From NCBI GenBank assembly GCA_963727645.1, contig CAVSHA010000020.1:16409-80408 (forward strand): a DNA stretch of 64,000 bases, given 5' to 3'. The DNA is from an uncultured Acidimicrobiaceae bacterium. Lineage in GTDB: Bacteria > Actinomycetota > Acidimicrobiia > Acidimicrobiales > Bog-793. A program made the translations under genes and the position numbers. Position 1 is the first letter of the stretch. Every line of letters begins with the position of its first letter. The notes below the pieces were generated by a model. It did not search any database. It saw only the letters and a program-made list of their open reading frames with translations, and had not been told where the DNA came from. Shown one piece after another: positions 28,776-38,126 of the stretch.

Positions 28776-29828
28776 GTGGAGTTGAGGAGCGTGATAACTC
28801 TCGTCATCGCCGTCCTTGCGGTGCTCGTCGTAGCCGCGATCGTCTGGACTCGCGTCGCTTCGGCCAGGTCCGCTGCCAAGTCCGTCGAGACCTACGAGCG
28901 AGCGCTCGGCGCGCTCGGAGAGGTCTCGAAGCGTACCGAGTCCACCGGGTTCCGCATCCTTCCCCACGAGGAGACCGGTCGGCCTCATGTCGGCAGACCC
29001 ATCGACGAGGCGGGTGGCGAGGCCCCCACGGCCCACCGGGACGTACCCACGCCCGGCCAGGGCCAGTTGTCCTCCTCGCGGCTGGCCCCGGCCGGCGAGC
29101 CCAAGCTCCGCTTCTCCGGTCCGAACTGGGTGCCGGGCCGCGTGCCGGCGGCACACCAACAAACGGGCGACCAGGAACGCGACGGCCAGGAAGCCGGATT
29201 GCCGGCCGACGCCGGGACAGTCGCCGGCGCCCGTGTGCGTTCCCCACTCGCCGGCGCAAGGGTGCCCGGCACGGCCGAGGCTCGTGCTCGCGGGCAGGCA
29301 TATAAGTCACCAGCCGAGCGGCATCGCCAGGTGATGGTACGGCGGGCCGCGGCCGGTGCCGCAACAGCAGTGGCGGTCGTGGCGGTCGTTGCCGCCGCGA
29401 TCTCGCTGAGCAGCGGTGGTGGGCGTCGCGCGACGTTGCCGACGACGACGACGGTTCACAGCGGGGGTGGCGGGCGTACCACCACCTCCACGACCACAAC
29501 GCTCCCGACGAGCCTCAAGCCCACGTCGGTTACGCGGTCCAACATCGCGTTCACCGTACCGTCGGGGAGCTACACATTGGCGTTCCAGGCCGCCGGCGGG
29601 GCCTGCTGGGTAGGCGTCGAGCACACGACCGCGGGGCCATCGGGGCCATGGCTGTTTGCCGAGACGCTGACGGCCGGCCAGTCAGCGACCTACAAAGGAT
29701 CGGGCGCGCTCGTCATGACGCTCGGCGCCCCGGCTCACATCGGTTTTACCGTGAACGGACTGGCGGCAGAGATCCCCAGCGGGATCACTCAGCCCTACAA
29801 CGTCGAGCTCACCCCGGCCTCGGGCTGA
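28776..29828 (+). CDS. Membrane-anchored protein with a disordered middle and a C-terminal RodZ_C (DUF4115)-like beta domain
   Basis: 350 aa. It has an N-terminal TM helix (VITLVIAVLAVLVVAAIVW) and a second one (AAGAATAVAVVAVVAAAISL), then a T-rich linker. The C-terminus YTLAFQAAGGACWVGVEH...ATYKGSGALVMTLGAPAHIGFTVNG resembles DUF4115. Confidence 0.6.
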   Translation: MELRSVITLVIAVLAVLVVAAIVWTRVASARSAAKSVETYERALGALGEVSKRTESTGFRILPHEETGRPHVGRPIDEAGGEAPTAHRDVPTPGQGQLSSSRLAPAGEPKLRFSGPNWVPGRVPAAHQQTGDQERDGQEAGLPADAGTVAGARVRSPLAGARVPGTAEARARGQAYKSPAERHRQVMVRRAAAGAATAVAVVAVVAAAISLSSGGGRRATLPTTTTVHSGGGGRTTTSTTTTLPTSLKPTSVTRSNIAFTVPSGSYTLAFQAAGGACWVGVEHTTAGPSGPWLFAETLTAGQSATYKGSGALVMTLGAPAHIGFTVNGLAAEIPSGITQPYNVELTPASG

Positions 29829-29951
29829 GGCGGCACCGGGCGCACCCGCAAGAAGACAGCCAGTGGCTGCCGGCGGCCTTACGGCGGTAGGCGGACCGGT
29901 CGGGAGTTGTTACTATGTGCGTAGGAGAAACTCCCCGGGGAGGAATGTCTG

Positions 29952-31352
29952 ATGGCCATCACCGAGCTCGACCTCGGCAAGTACCAGCTCGGCTGGAGTG
30001 ACGTCGAGGACTACGTCTTCAAGCCGCGTAAGGGGCTGTCCGAAGAGATCGTCCGCGAGATGTCCGCCATGAAGAGCGAGCCCGGCTGGATGCTCGACTT
30101 CCGGCTGTCCTCGTTGCGCCGCTTCGAGCGGAAGCCGATGGTGCGCTGGTTCGCCGAAAAGATGCCTGACCTGGACTTCGATGACATTTACTACTACATC
30201 AAGCCTACCGAAGGGCAGGTCAACGACTGGGACAAGCTGCCCGAGTCGGTAAAGAACACCTGGGACAAGCTCGGCATCCCGCAAGCCGAGCGCAAGTACC
30301 TGGCCGGAGTGACCGCCCAGTACGAGTCCGAGGTCGTGTACCACCGCAATCGCGAGGATCTCGCGCGCCTCGGTGTGCTGTTCACCGACATGGACACCGC
30401 TGTGCGCGAGCACCCGGAGATCGTCCGCAAGTGGTTCGGCAAGATCATCCCGCCGGGAGACAACAAGTTCGCGGCCCTCAACTCGGCCGTCTGGTCGGGG
30501 GGGTCTTTCATCTACGTGCCGCCCGGTGTGACCGTGGACATGCCCCTTCAGGCGTACTTCCGGATCAACGCCGAGAACATGGGCCAGTTCGAGCGGACCC
30601 TGATAATCGCCGACGAGGGTGCCCAGGTGCACTACGTCGAAGGTTGCTCGGCCCCGGTCTATTCGTCGGACTCGCTCCACTCGGCCGTCGTCGAGCTCGT
30701 GGCGCTGCCGGGCAGCCGGATCACCTACACGACGATCCAGAACTGGTCCACCAACGTCTACAACCTCGTCACCAAGAGAGCGCGCGCCGAGGCCGAGGCG
30801 CACGTCGAGTGGATCGACGGGAACATCGGCTCGCGGCTCACGATGAAGTACCCGTCGGTGTACCTGATGGGGCCGAAGGCGTCGGGTGAGGTCCTGTCGG
30901 TGGCCTACGCGGGGGCGGGCCAGATCCTCGACACCGGGGCGAAGATGTTCCACTGCGCGCCCGAGACCAGTTCGACCATCATCTCGAAGTCGATCTCGAA
31001 GGGCGGCGGCCACGCCACCTACCGGGGCAAAGTGCACGTCGACGAAGGCGCCAGGAGGGCAAAGTCCTTCGTCCGCTGCGACGCGCTCATCCTGGACGAG
31101 GACTCGGTCTCGGAGACCAAGCCGTACATGGAGGTCTGTGAGCGTGACGCCGAGATCGGCCACGAGGCAACCGTGTCCAAGATCGGTGATGCCCAGCTCT
31201 TCTACCTGATGAGCCGCGGCCTGAGCGAGACGCAGGCGATGGGCATGATCGTGAACGGGTTCATCGAGCCGATCACCCGTACGCTGCCGATGGAGTACGC
31301 GGTCGAATGGAGCCGTCTGATCGAGCTCCAGATGGACGGATCCGTTGGCTGA
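29952..31352 (+). CDS. sufB: Fe-S cluster assembly scaffold SufB
   Basis: 466 aa with typical SufB sequence throughout (GWSDVEDYVFKP..., FIYVPPGV, HVEWIDGNIGS, EATVSKIGD.QLFYLMSRGL). No intein insertion. Confidence 0.97.
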   Translation: MAITELDLGKYQLGWSDVEDYVFKPRKGLSEEIVREMSAMKSEPGWMLDFRLSSLRRFERKPMVRWFAEKMPDLDFDDIYYYIKPTEGQVNDWDKLPESVKNTWDKLGIPQAERKYLAGVTAQYESEVVYHRNREDLARLGVLFTDMDTAVREHPEIVRKWFGKIIPPGDNKFAALNSAVWSGGSFIYVPPGVTVDMPLQAYFRINAENMGQFERTLIIADEGAQVHYVEGCSAPVYSSDSLHSAVVELVALPGSRITYTTIQNWSTNVYNLVTKRARAEAEAHVEWIDGNIGSRLTMKYPSVYLMGPKASGEVLSVAYAGAGQILDTGAKMFHCAPETSSTIISKSISKGGGHATYRGKVHVDEGARRAKSFVRCDALILDEDSVSETKPYMEVCERDAEIGHEATVSKIGDAQLFYLMSRGLSETQAMGMIVNGFIEPITRTLPMEYAVEWSRLIELQMDGSVG

Positions 31353-31423
31353 GGTCCTGTGAGCGCCGCGCCGCGCGGGCCTGCCCGTGTCTGCGTTGGC
31401 GTCGCGAGGTAACGTCCATCCCC

Positions 31424-31810
31424 ATGCCGATGCGGGAGGACTGTCGCCACTATCAGAGCCGCACCTACGCGAGCGGAGAGGTCGCGAGGTTCTGCGTGCT
31501 CGACATGGCGCCGGACGCACCGTGGCGGTGCCCGGACAACTGCCCGGTCTACGAACGGCGCCTTGCTGACGCAGGCTGGACCCACGGCAAGCTCACCGCA
31601 CCGGCCATCGAACAAGAGCCGCCTGACGTGCCCGCCGCGGACGCTGCCGACCTGCTCGAGAACGCCGAGGAGATCATCGCCGCGGTGGCGCCCGACGCAG
31701 TTGCCGAAGCACGCAAGCGAGAGCGCAAGCAGGAGCGGAGCTCGGGAGCAGGTGGCGGCCCCGGTCCCCGTGGCTGGTTCAAACGCAAAGGCCCGCCGCC
31801 TGCCCGGTGA
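31424..31810 (+). CDS. Small Cys-rich protein of unknown function between sufB and sufD
   Basis: It lies inside ORF 31307..31810 and starts after the sufB stop. The N-terminal module has C7-x16-C24-x11-C36-x3-C40-P, followed by an acidic Ala-rich helix and a basic tail (RKRERKQER...WFKRKGPPPAR). Third-position G/C bias is coding-like. Confidence 0.6.
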   Translation: MPMREDCRHYQSRTYASGEVARFCVLDMAPDAPWRCPDNCPVYERRLADAGWTHGKLTAPAIEQEPPDVPAADAADLLENAEEIIAAVAPDAVAEARKRERKQERSSGAGGGPGPRGWFKRKGPPPAR

Positions 31811-31842
31811 CGGGTGTCCGGTAGCCTCCTGCCCTGATCACG

Positions 31843-33195
31843 ATGCAGCTGCCTGCTTGTTTCAGCGCTCAAGCCACGCGGAGCCTCGGTGGCCCGGAGT
31901 GGCTCGTCGAACGGCGCCTCGACGCACTGGGCAAACTCGCCGCGAGCCGGCCGCCGGTCGTCGACGAGGATCTCTGGCGCTACAGCCGGATCTCCGAGCT
32001 CGACCTCGACCAGTACGTGCCGAGCGGGACCGGTGCCGCGGCGGGGCTGCGGCCGGCGCTCGCAGCTGATGCCTGGCCAGAGTCGGCGGCCCTTCTCGCG
32101 CACGTCGGCGAGCGCTCCGGTCTGGCCGTTGTCGTCGACGGCCTTCCCGTCTCGTTCGAACTGTCCGCGTCGGCCCGCGCGACCGGGACCGTTCTCGGCA
32201 GTGTCCTCGACGATCCCCGGGGCCCGGAGGTCCTCGACCATGTCACGAGGCTGAACACGGTGACCGGAAAGGAGGAGCACGAGCCCGACGTGTTCGATCG
32301 TCTTGCCGACGCTTTTCTGCGAGATGCGGTCGTCCTCTCGGTCGCCGCCCGGGCGCGCATCGATCACCCGATAGTCATCGTGCACCTGCTCGGTTCGCGT
32401 TCGGCCGCCGAAGAGGCCCCTGCTGTGTTCACGCGCACGGTGATCGAGCTCGGCGAGGCGGCCGAAGCGACCGTGATAGAGCTGTTCGTGTCCGGAGACG
32501 GCTCGCTCCTGGTAGTGCCGATCGTCGACATCTCCGTCGGGGACGCGGCCGTCCTGTCCTACAACGCTGTCCAGCAGCTCGGTGCCGGAGCTTGGCAGCT
32601 CGGGCACCAGCGGATCCGCGCGGGTCGCGACGCCACGATCCGCACGTTCACCGCATCGCTCGGGGGCCAGTACGCACGTTTTCGCACCGAGTCGGTGCTG
32701 GCGGGCAAGGGCGGCAGCGCCGAGCTCTTGGCCGCGTACCTCGGCGACGGGACCCAGATGCACGACTTCCGAACGCTCCAGGAGCACGCAGCGCCGCGCA
32801 CCAAGAGCGACCTTGTCTTCAAAGGAGCAGTCGGAGGCACGGCGCGTTCGGTGTACTCGGGGCTGATCAGGATGCGGCATGGCGCAAAGGGCGCTGACGC
32901 CTTCCAGACGAACCGGAATCTCGTGCTCAGCGACGGCGCACACGCCGACTCGGTCCCCAATCTCGACATAGAGGAGAACGACGTCCGGTGCTCGCACGCC
33001 TCGGCCGTCGGCCAGATCGACCGTGAGCAGCGCTTCTACCTCGAGTCCCGGGGCGTCCCGCCCGCTGTTGCCGAGCGCTTGATCCTGCTGGGCTTCTTCG
33101 AGGACCTCTGGGTGCGCGTCGCAGCGCCGGGCGTTCGGGCCCACCTCGCTGCGGCGGTCGCGGCGCGGCTGGACGCTGTCACCAGTGGGAGGTGA
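31843..33195 (+). CDS. sufD: Fe-S cluster assembly protein SufD
   Basis: 450 aa. It has a SufD-type beta-helix sequence (FTRTVIELGEAAEATVIE, HTSKHGKG-like region RMRHGAKGADAFQTNRNLVLSD, RCSHASAVGQIDREQRFYLESRG). Confidence 0.9.
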   Translation: MQLPACFSAQATRSLGGPEWLVERRLDALGKLAASRPPVVDEDLWRYSRISELDLDQYVPSGTGAAAGLRPALAADAWPESAALLAHVGERSGLAVVVDGLPVSFELSASARATGTVLGSVLDDPRGPEVLDHVTRLNTVTGKEEHEPDVFDRLADAFLRDAVVLSVAARARIDHPIVIVHLLGSRSAAEEAPAVFTRTVIELGEAAEATVIELFVSGDGSLLVVPIVDISVGDAAVLSYNAVQQLGAGAWQLGHQRIRAGRDATIRTFTASLGGQYARFRTESVLAGKGGSAELLAAYLGDGTQMHDFRTLQEHAAPRTKSDLVFKGAVGGTARSVYSGLIRMRHGAKGADAFQTNRNLVLSDGAHADSVPNLDIEENDVRCSHASAVGQIDREQRFYLESRGVPPAVAERLILLGFFEDLWVRVAAPGVRAHLAAAVAARLDAVTSGR

Positions 33196-33199
33196 TCGA

Positions 33200-33511
33200 G
33201 TGAGGGTTCGGCTTTGCGCGACAGGCGATCTCGAGGTGGGACAGGTTCGCCGTTTCGAGATCGACGCAGGTGCGATCGCGCTGGTTCATTGCGACTCCGG
33301 GTTCAGGGCGCTCGTCGATGTCTGCAGCCATGAGGACTACCCGCTCTCGGAGGGCGAGGTCTTCGCCGACGTGTGCGAGATCGAGTGCCTGCGGCACGGC
33401 AGCACCTTTTCCCTGTTGGACGGCTCGCCTCAGAGCCTGCCCGCCACCCAGTCGGTCGATGTCGTGACGATAGAGGTCGAGTCCGGCTACGTCTACGCGG
33501 TGATCAGTTGA
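33200..33511 (+). CDS. Rieske-type [2Fe-2S] ferredoxin
   Basis: ORF 33185..33511. GTG 33200 follows GGGAGGTGA. The Rieske boxes are CSHEDYPL and CLRHGSTF. It overlaps the sufD stop and the sufC start. Confidence 0.85.
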   Translation: MRVRLCATGDLEVGQVRRFEIDAGAIALVHCDSGFRALVDVCSHEDYPLSEGEVFADVCEIECLRHGSTFSLLDGSPQSLPATQSVDVVTIEVESGYVYAVIS

Positions 33512-34344
33512 CCGCCAGCGTGCTCAAGATCTCCGGTCTTCACGCCGGCGTCGACTCCCGGCAGATCCTGCGGGGCATCGACCTCGAGGTCCGCAGCGGG
33601 GAGATCCATGCGGTTATGGGCCCGAACGGCTCGGGCAAGAGCACCCTCGCGCACGTCCTCATGGGTCGTCCCGGTTACGAGGTCACGAGCGGGAGCGTGA
33701 CGCTCGACGGCGTCGAGCTGCTCGGCCTGGCGCCCTTTGAAAGGGCGCAGGCGGGCCTCTTCCTGACGTTCCAGTACCCGATCGAGGTGCCCGGGGTACC
33801 GCTTGCGTCGGCGCTCACCGAGGCGCTCCTCGCCGCGGGCCGCACCGCAGAGGCCGAGGCCGGGCCACTTGGCGCCCGACTCTCCGAGGAGGCCGCCGAG
33901 CTGGGGATCTCGACGGGGATACTTGCGCGCCCGATGAACGTCGACCTCTCCGGTGGCGAGGCCAAGCGCAACGAGACCCTCCAGCTCGCGATCCTCCGCC
34001 CGCGGATCGCCATTCTGGACGAGCTCGACTCCGGCCTCGACGTGGACGCGCTCGGCCAGGTGGCCAGGCGCATCGAGCGGGCAACGCGGGAAGGCGATCC
34101 CCCCCTTGGTGTGATCGCGATCACCCATTACCGCCGCTTGCTCGTTGAGCTGCCTGCTCAACGCGTCCACGTGCTGTCGGAGGGCCGGATCGTCGCGAGC
34201 GGGGGACCTGAGCTGGCCGAAGAGCTCGAGCGGACCGGCTATGTCGCCTACCGGGAGGATGCCGGAACGCCCGCAGGGACGGGACTCGGCGACACCGGCC
34301 TCAGTGGGCTGGGACTTGGCGAGATGTTTCCCGGCGGTTTGTGA
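33508..34344 (+). CDS. sufC: Fe-S cluster assembly ATPase SufC
   Basis: It lies within ORF 33373..34344. The start is TTG 33508 (overlapping the Rieske stop) or GTG 33520. It has Walker A GPNGSGKSTL, signature LSGGEAKRNE and Walker B AILDELDSGLD, plus a Gly-rich C-terminal tail. Confidence 0.95.
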   Translation: MTASVLKISGLHAGVDSRQILRGIDLEVRSGEIHAVMGPNGSGKSTLAHVLMGRPGYEVTSGSVTLDGVELLGLAPFERAQAGLFLTFQYPIEVPGVPLASALTEALLAAGRTAEAEAGPLGARLSEEAAELGISTGILARPMNVDLSGGEAKRNETLQLAILRPRIAILDELDSGLDVDALGQVARRIERATREGDPPLGVIAITHYRRLLVELPAQRVHVLSEGRIVASGGPELAEELERTGYVAYREDAGTPAGTGLGDTGLSGLGLGEMFPGGL

Positions 34345-34422
34345 GGGCGCGGACCAAGATCCTTTCACCGATGAGGCAGCGCGCGCCGACGAGCGCCGGC
34401 GACCGGTGTGGCTACGGTTTGG

Positions 34423-34659
34423 TCAGAGGTTGACTACGGGGCAGGTCAACGTGCGTGTGATGCCATCGATGAGCTGCACCCGGCTCACGACTATCTTGCC
34501 CAGGTCGTCGACCGTCTCGGCTTCGGCCTGAATTATGACGTCGTAGGGGCCGGTCACATCCTCTGCCTGCACCACCCCGGGGATTTCAGCCACCTTCGTC
34601 GCGACTGTGGCTGCTTTGCCAACTTCTGTCTGGATCAGCACGTAGGCACGAACTCCCAC
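34423..34659 (-). CDS. Stand-alone Lrp/AsnC-type ligand-binding (RAM) domain protein
   Basis: GTG 34659 is preceded by GAGGAGG with a 6-nt spacer, inside ORF 34423..34839. The 78-aa product is VGVRAYVLIQTEVGKAATVATKVAEIPGVVQAEDVTGPYDVIIQAEAETVDDLGKIV. Confidence 0.75.
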   Translation of the reverse strand: MGVRAYVLIQTEVGKAATVATKVAEIPGVVQAEDVTGPYDVIIQAEAETVDDLGKIVVSRVQLIDGITRTLTCPVVNL

Positions 34660-34677
34660 TGATGACCTCCTCGTTCG

Positions 34678-36156
34678 GTGTGGGCGCATCGTAGCGGCGT
34701 CTCGAAGCGATGGGCCTCCACGTACCATGGCGGCGTGGTCAGCTCGGCGCGTTGGGCTCGTTTCACCCGACTGGTCCGCAGTGCCGTCCACGATCTTTTC
34801 GACCAGTCCCAGCCCTTCGGGAGGCTGGCGCTCATCCACACGGTCTTCTCGATGGGCACGACGCTGGTGACCATCTCGCTCGCGGGGACCCTGTTCTTCA
34901 CGATCTCGCCCGAGGCCGCCAAGGGCAAGGTCGTGCTCTACCTGCTGCTAACGATCACGCCGTTCGCCGTCGTCGCGCCCGCCCTCAGCCCGCTGCTCGA
35001 CCGGGGCAGCTACGCAAGACGCACGTCCATGGCTGTCGCATCGCTCGGAAGCGCGGTCCTGGTCCTCATGATGGCCGCTGACTTGAGGGGGCTGCTCCTG
35101 TTCCCCGAGGCGTTCGGCGTCCTCGTGCTCTCGAAGCTCTACCTGGTTGCCAAGGCCGCTCTGGTGCCCTCCATGACCGAGACGCAGGACGATCTCGCCA
35201 GTGCGAACGCAAAGCTTGCCGTGCTCGCCACGCTCGCCGGCTTCGCGTCCTCTCCTGTGGCCGTGGGCCTCCTGCAGCTCGGGGCACCCTGGGTGCTGCG
35301 GCTGGCGTTCGTCGTGTTCCTCCTCGGCGCCGTGGCCGCGATGCGGCTCCCGAAGGCGGCCGACGCGGGCCTCACCAAGCCCGCGGCGACGGCGCCCGAC
35401 AGCCGGCCCACCTTGGGACCGCCGCTTGCCGAGACGCGGCGCCAGCCGCAAGGTGCGGGGCGCCCGCTCTACGAGCGCCCGCCTACCTCCAACCGGGAAC
35501 GCCAGGTACGGATCAACGTCGCCCGCGAACGGCAACGGCTGGGACTTCCGCTGTATGTCCCCGAGGTGGTGCTCTCGCTGGCGGCGATGTCGGTTATCAG
35601 GGGATCGGTCGGGTTCCTCACGTTCTTCCTGGCCTTTGCGCTGCGCCATCTCCACGCCGCGACGTGGTGGTTCGGTTTCGTGCTCCTGACCAGCGCAACT
35701 GGTTCGTTGCTCGGGTCGCTTCTTGTGCCCGTTCTGCGCAGGTACCTGTCCGAGCAGCAGCTGATCCTCTACTCGCTCGTGCTGTCCGGGTTCGTGGGCA
35801 TCATCGCCGCGGTCCTGGGCTCGCTGTGGGCTCAGCCGTTGCTGACCTTCGCCATCGGCTTTGCAACCACTGCGGCCAAACCGTCGTTCGACTCGATCGC
35901 ACAACGACACGTGCCGCCGGCACTGCTCGGACGCGCCTTCGCCAGGTTCGAGACACAGCTGCAGCTGGTCTGGGTGCTGTGCGCGCTCTTGGCCGTTGCT
36001 GTCGGCTTCTCCCTTCAAGCCGGGGACGTCCTGATCGGCGTGACTTGTGCCGTCGCTGCCGGGTTCCACGTGTCGATGCGCCGCGCCGTGATCCAGAGCA
36101 GTCGCGCTCAGCGTCAGGCAGGCCGGACCGGCCTTCCGGGCTCGTTGCCCGACTGA
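34678..36156 (+). CDS. Polytopic membrane protein, MFS-like
   Basis: 492-aa ORF with about 10-12 hydrophobic helices and a central basic loop. The start is uncertain: GTG 34678 is only 18 nt from the divergent gene, and GTG 34735 is an alternative. Confidence 0.6.
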   Translation: MWAHRSGVSKRWASTYHGGVVSSARWARFTRLVRSAVHDLFDQSQPFGRLALIHTVFSMGTTLVTISLAGTLFFTISPEAAKGKVVLYLLLTITPFAVVAPALSPLLDRGSYARRTSMAVASLGSAVLVLMMAADLRGLLLFPEAFGVLVLSKLYLVAKAALVPSMTETQDDLASANAKLAVLATLAGFASSPVAVGLLQLGAPWVLRLAFVVFLLGAVAAMRLPKAADAGLTKPAATAPDSRPTLGPPLAETRRQPQGAGRPLYERPPTSNRERQVRINVARERQRLGLPLYVPEVVLSLAAMSVIRGSVGFLTFFLAFALRHLHAATWWFGFVLLTSATGSLLGSLLVPVLRRYLSEQQLILYSLVLSGFVGIIAAVLGSLWAQPLLTFAIGFATTAAKPSFDSIAQRHVPPALLGRAFARFETQLQLVWVLCALLAVAVGFSLQAGDVLIGVTCAVAAGFHVSMRRAVIQSSRAQRQAGRTGLPGSLPD

Positions 36157-36164
36157 GCTGCGCT

Positions 36165-36199
36165 GGCCCTCCGCGGCCCTCAACCATGCGGCGAGGGCC
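36165..36199. terminator. Hairpin between convergent genes (candidate bidirectional terminator)
   Basis: GGCCCTC (36165-36171) pairs with GAGGGCC (36193-36199), with partial extension of the stem. It lies between the stops at 36156 and 36237. Confidence 0.3.
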
Positions 36200-36236
36200 G
36201 GCCGGGGCAGGTAGGGCCGATGGTGGCGACGCGCTC

Positions 36237-38027
36237 TCAGCCGAGGCGCCGGCGGAGCGCCTCGATCTGTTCGGAGATGGCCGGTGGCAGTCGATCCCCG
36301 AATTGGGCGAAATACTCGACGATCGAGGGCAGCTCCGCTCGCCACTCGTCGCGGTCGACCCGCAGCAGCTCGATCATGTCCTGCTCAGGGATGTCGAGCC
36401 CCTCTGTGTCGATCGTGCCTGGTGCCGGAAGGTAGCCGATAGGCGTCTCGACAGGTTCGCCGCGGCCGGCGCAGCGTTCGAAGATCCACTCGAGCACGCG
36501 GGAGTTCTCGCCGAAGCCGGGCCACAGCCAACTTCCGTCGGCGGTCTTCCGGAACCAGTTGACATAGAAGACCCGGGGCAGTTTCGCCTCGTCCATCCGG
36601 TCCCGGAACGAAAGCCAGTGTGCCCAGTAGTCGGCCATGTTGTAGCCGCAGAACGGCAACATCGCGAATGGATCGCGTCGCAACTGACCCACGGCCCCTG
36701 TGGCGGCGGCAGTCGTCTCCGAGGCCATGATCGTGCCCAAGAAGACGCCGTGCGCCCAGTCGAAAGCCTCGTGGACCAGTGGGACCACCGACGCGCGCCT
36801 TCCGCCGAACAAGATGGCCGAGATGGGCACACCCTCGGGGTCCTCCCACTCGTCGGCGATCGCCGGGTCCTGGTCGGCCGGAGCGGTGAAGCGCGAATTC
36901 GGGTGTGCGGCCGGCGCCGGGGAACCCGGGGTCCATTCGTTGCCCCGCCAGTCGGTGCAGTGAGCCGGCGGCTCGGTAGTGAGGCCCTCCCACCAGACGT
37001 CGCCATCGTCGGTGAGTGCCGTGTTCGTGAAGACGGAATTGGACGCGAGCGTGAAGAGCGCATTCGGGTTGGTGGCGGTGTTGGTGCCGGTGGCAACCCC
37101 GAAGAAGCCGGCCTCCGGATTTATCGCCCGCAGCATCCCATCGGGCCCGATCTTCATCCAGCAGATGTCGTCGCCTACCGTCTCGACCTTCCAGCCCGGC
37201 ACTGTCGGGACGAGCATGGCGAGATTGGTCTTGCCGCAGGCAGAGGGGAAGGCCCCGGTCACGTACCTGACCTCACCGGCAGGTGAAGTGAGCTTCACGA
37301 TCAGCATGTGCTCGGCGAGCCATCCCTCGTCGCGTGCGATCACCGACGCGATCCGCAGAGCAAAGCACTTCTTGCCCAACAGGGCGTTGCCCCCGTAGCC
37401 GGAACCGAAGGACCAGATCTCGCGCGTCTCTGGGAAGTGACTGATGTAGATGTGCTCGGGGTTGCAGGGCCACGCGACGTCGTGCTGTTCGGCAGCGAGA
37501 GGGACCCCGACCGAGTGAAGGCAAGGCACGAAGTCACCGTCGTCACCGATCACCTCGAGCGCTCCAGCGCCCATCCTCGTCATGATGCGCATGTTCACGA
37601 CCACATACGGCGAGTCGGTGATCTCGACGCCGAGGTGTGCGATGGGGGATCCCAACGGGCCCATGCTGAAAGGCACGACGTACATCGTCCGGCCTCGCAT
37701 CGCCCCCCGGAACAGGTCCGTCAACGTCGCGCGCATCTCGGCAGGATCCACCCAGTTGTTGGTGGGGCCCGCGTCGTCCGGATCGCGCGAGCAGACGAAG
37801 GTACGGCTCTCGAATCGGGCGACGTCTGCCGGGTCCGAGTGGGCCCAGTAGCTGTTCGGGCGCTTTGCATCGCACAGCTTGGCGAACGTTCCCCGGCCCA
37901 CGAGCAGCCGGCAGAGCCGCTCGTACTCGTCGGCCGAGCCGTCGCACCACTCGACCCGGTCGGGTTGGGTGAGCGCAGCGACGCCGTCGACCCAGTCAAG
38001 GAGTTTGCGGTTGCGTGTCTCTGCCAT
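36237..38027 (-). CDS. pckG: Phosphoenolpyruvate carboxykinase (GTP)
   Basis: This is the 3' 596 codons of ORF 36237..38744, from ATG 38027 ([31 protein letters not shown]). It carries the kinase-1a motif [13 protein letters not shown] and typical GTP-PEPCK sequence throughout. Confidence 0.95.
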   Translation of the reverse strand: MAETRNRKLLDWVDGVAALTQPDRVEWCDGSADEYERLCRLLVGRGTFAKLCDAKRPNSYWAHSDPADVARFESRTFVCSRDPDDAGPTNNWVDPAEMRATLTDLFRGAMRGRTMYVVPFSMGPLGSPIAHLGVEITDSPYVVVNMRIMTRMGAGALEVIGDDGDFVPCLHSVGVPLAAEQHDVAWPCNPEHIYISHFPETREIWSFGSGYGGNALLGKKCFALRIASVIARDEGWLAEHMLIVKLTSPAGEVRYVTGAFPSACGKTNLAMLVPTVPGWKVETVGDDICWMKIGPDGMLRAINPEAGFFGVATGTNTATNPNALFTLASNSVFTNTALTDDGDVWWEGLTTEPPAHCTDWRGNEWTPGSPAPAAHPNSRFTAPADQDPAIADEWEDPEGVPISAILFGGRRASVVPLVHEAFDWAHGVFLGTIMASETTAAATGAVGQLRRDPFAMLPFCGYNMADYWAHWLSFRDRMDEAKLPRVFYVNWFRKTADGSWLWPGFGENSRVLEWIFERCAGRGEPVETPIGYLPAPGTIDTEGLDIPEQDMIELLRVDRDEWRAELPSIVEYFAQFGDRLPPAISEQIEALRRRLG

Positions 38028-38126
38028 TGAGGGATCGTAGACGACCGTACTTTGTGCACCCAATTCGCCCGGGTCGGCTCTCGGCGTCGGGCCAGGAGCC
38101 TGCTGAGAGAGGTAGCGTCCGCACTT

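Noticed and set aside
29931-29942. The palindrome CTCCCCGGGGAG immediately upstream of sufB, as a possible SufR operator or SD-sequestering hairpin.
   Set aside because: It is only a 4-bp stem with a 4-nt loop, it overlaps the ribosome-binding site GGGGAGGA, and no sufR gene is nearby. It is most simply a chance palindrome in GC-rich sequence.
29952-31352. An intein in SufB, which is common in mycobacteria.
   Set aside because: The protein is 466 aa with contiguous SufB sequence and no Cys/Ser...HN splice-junction insert.
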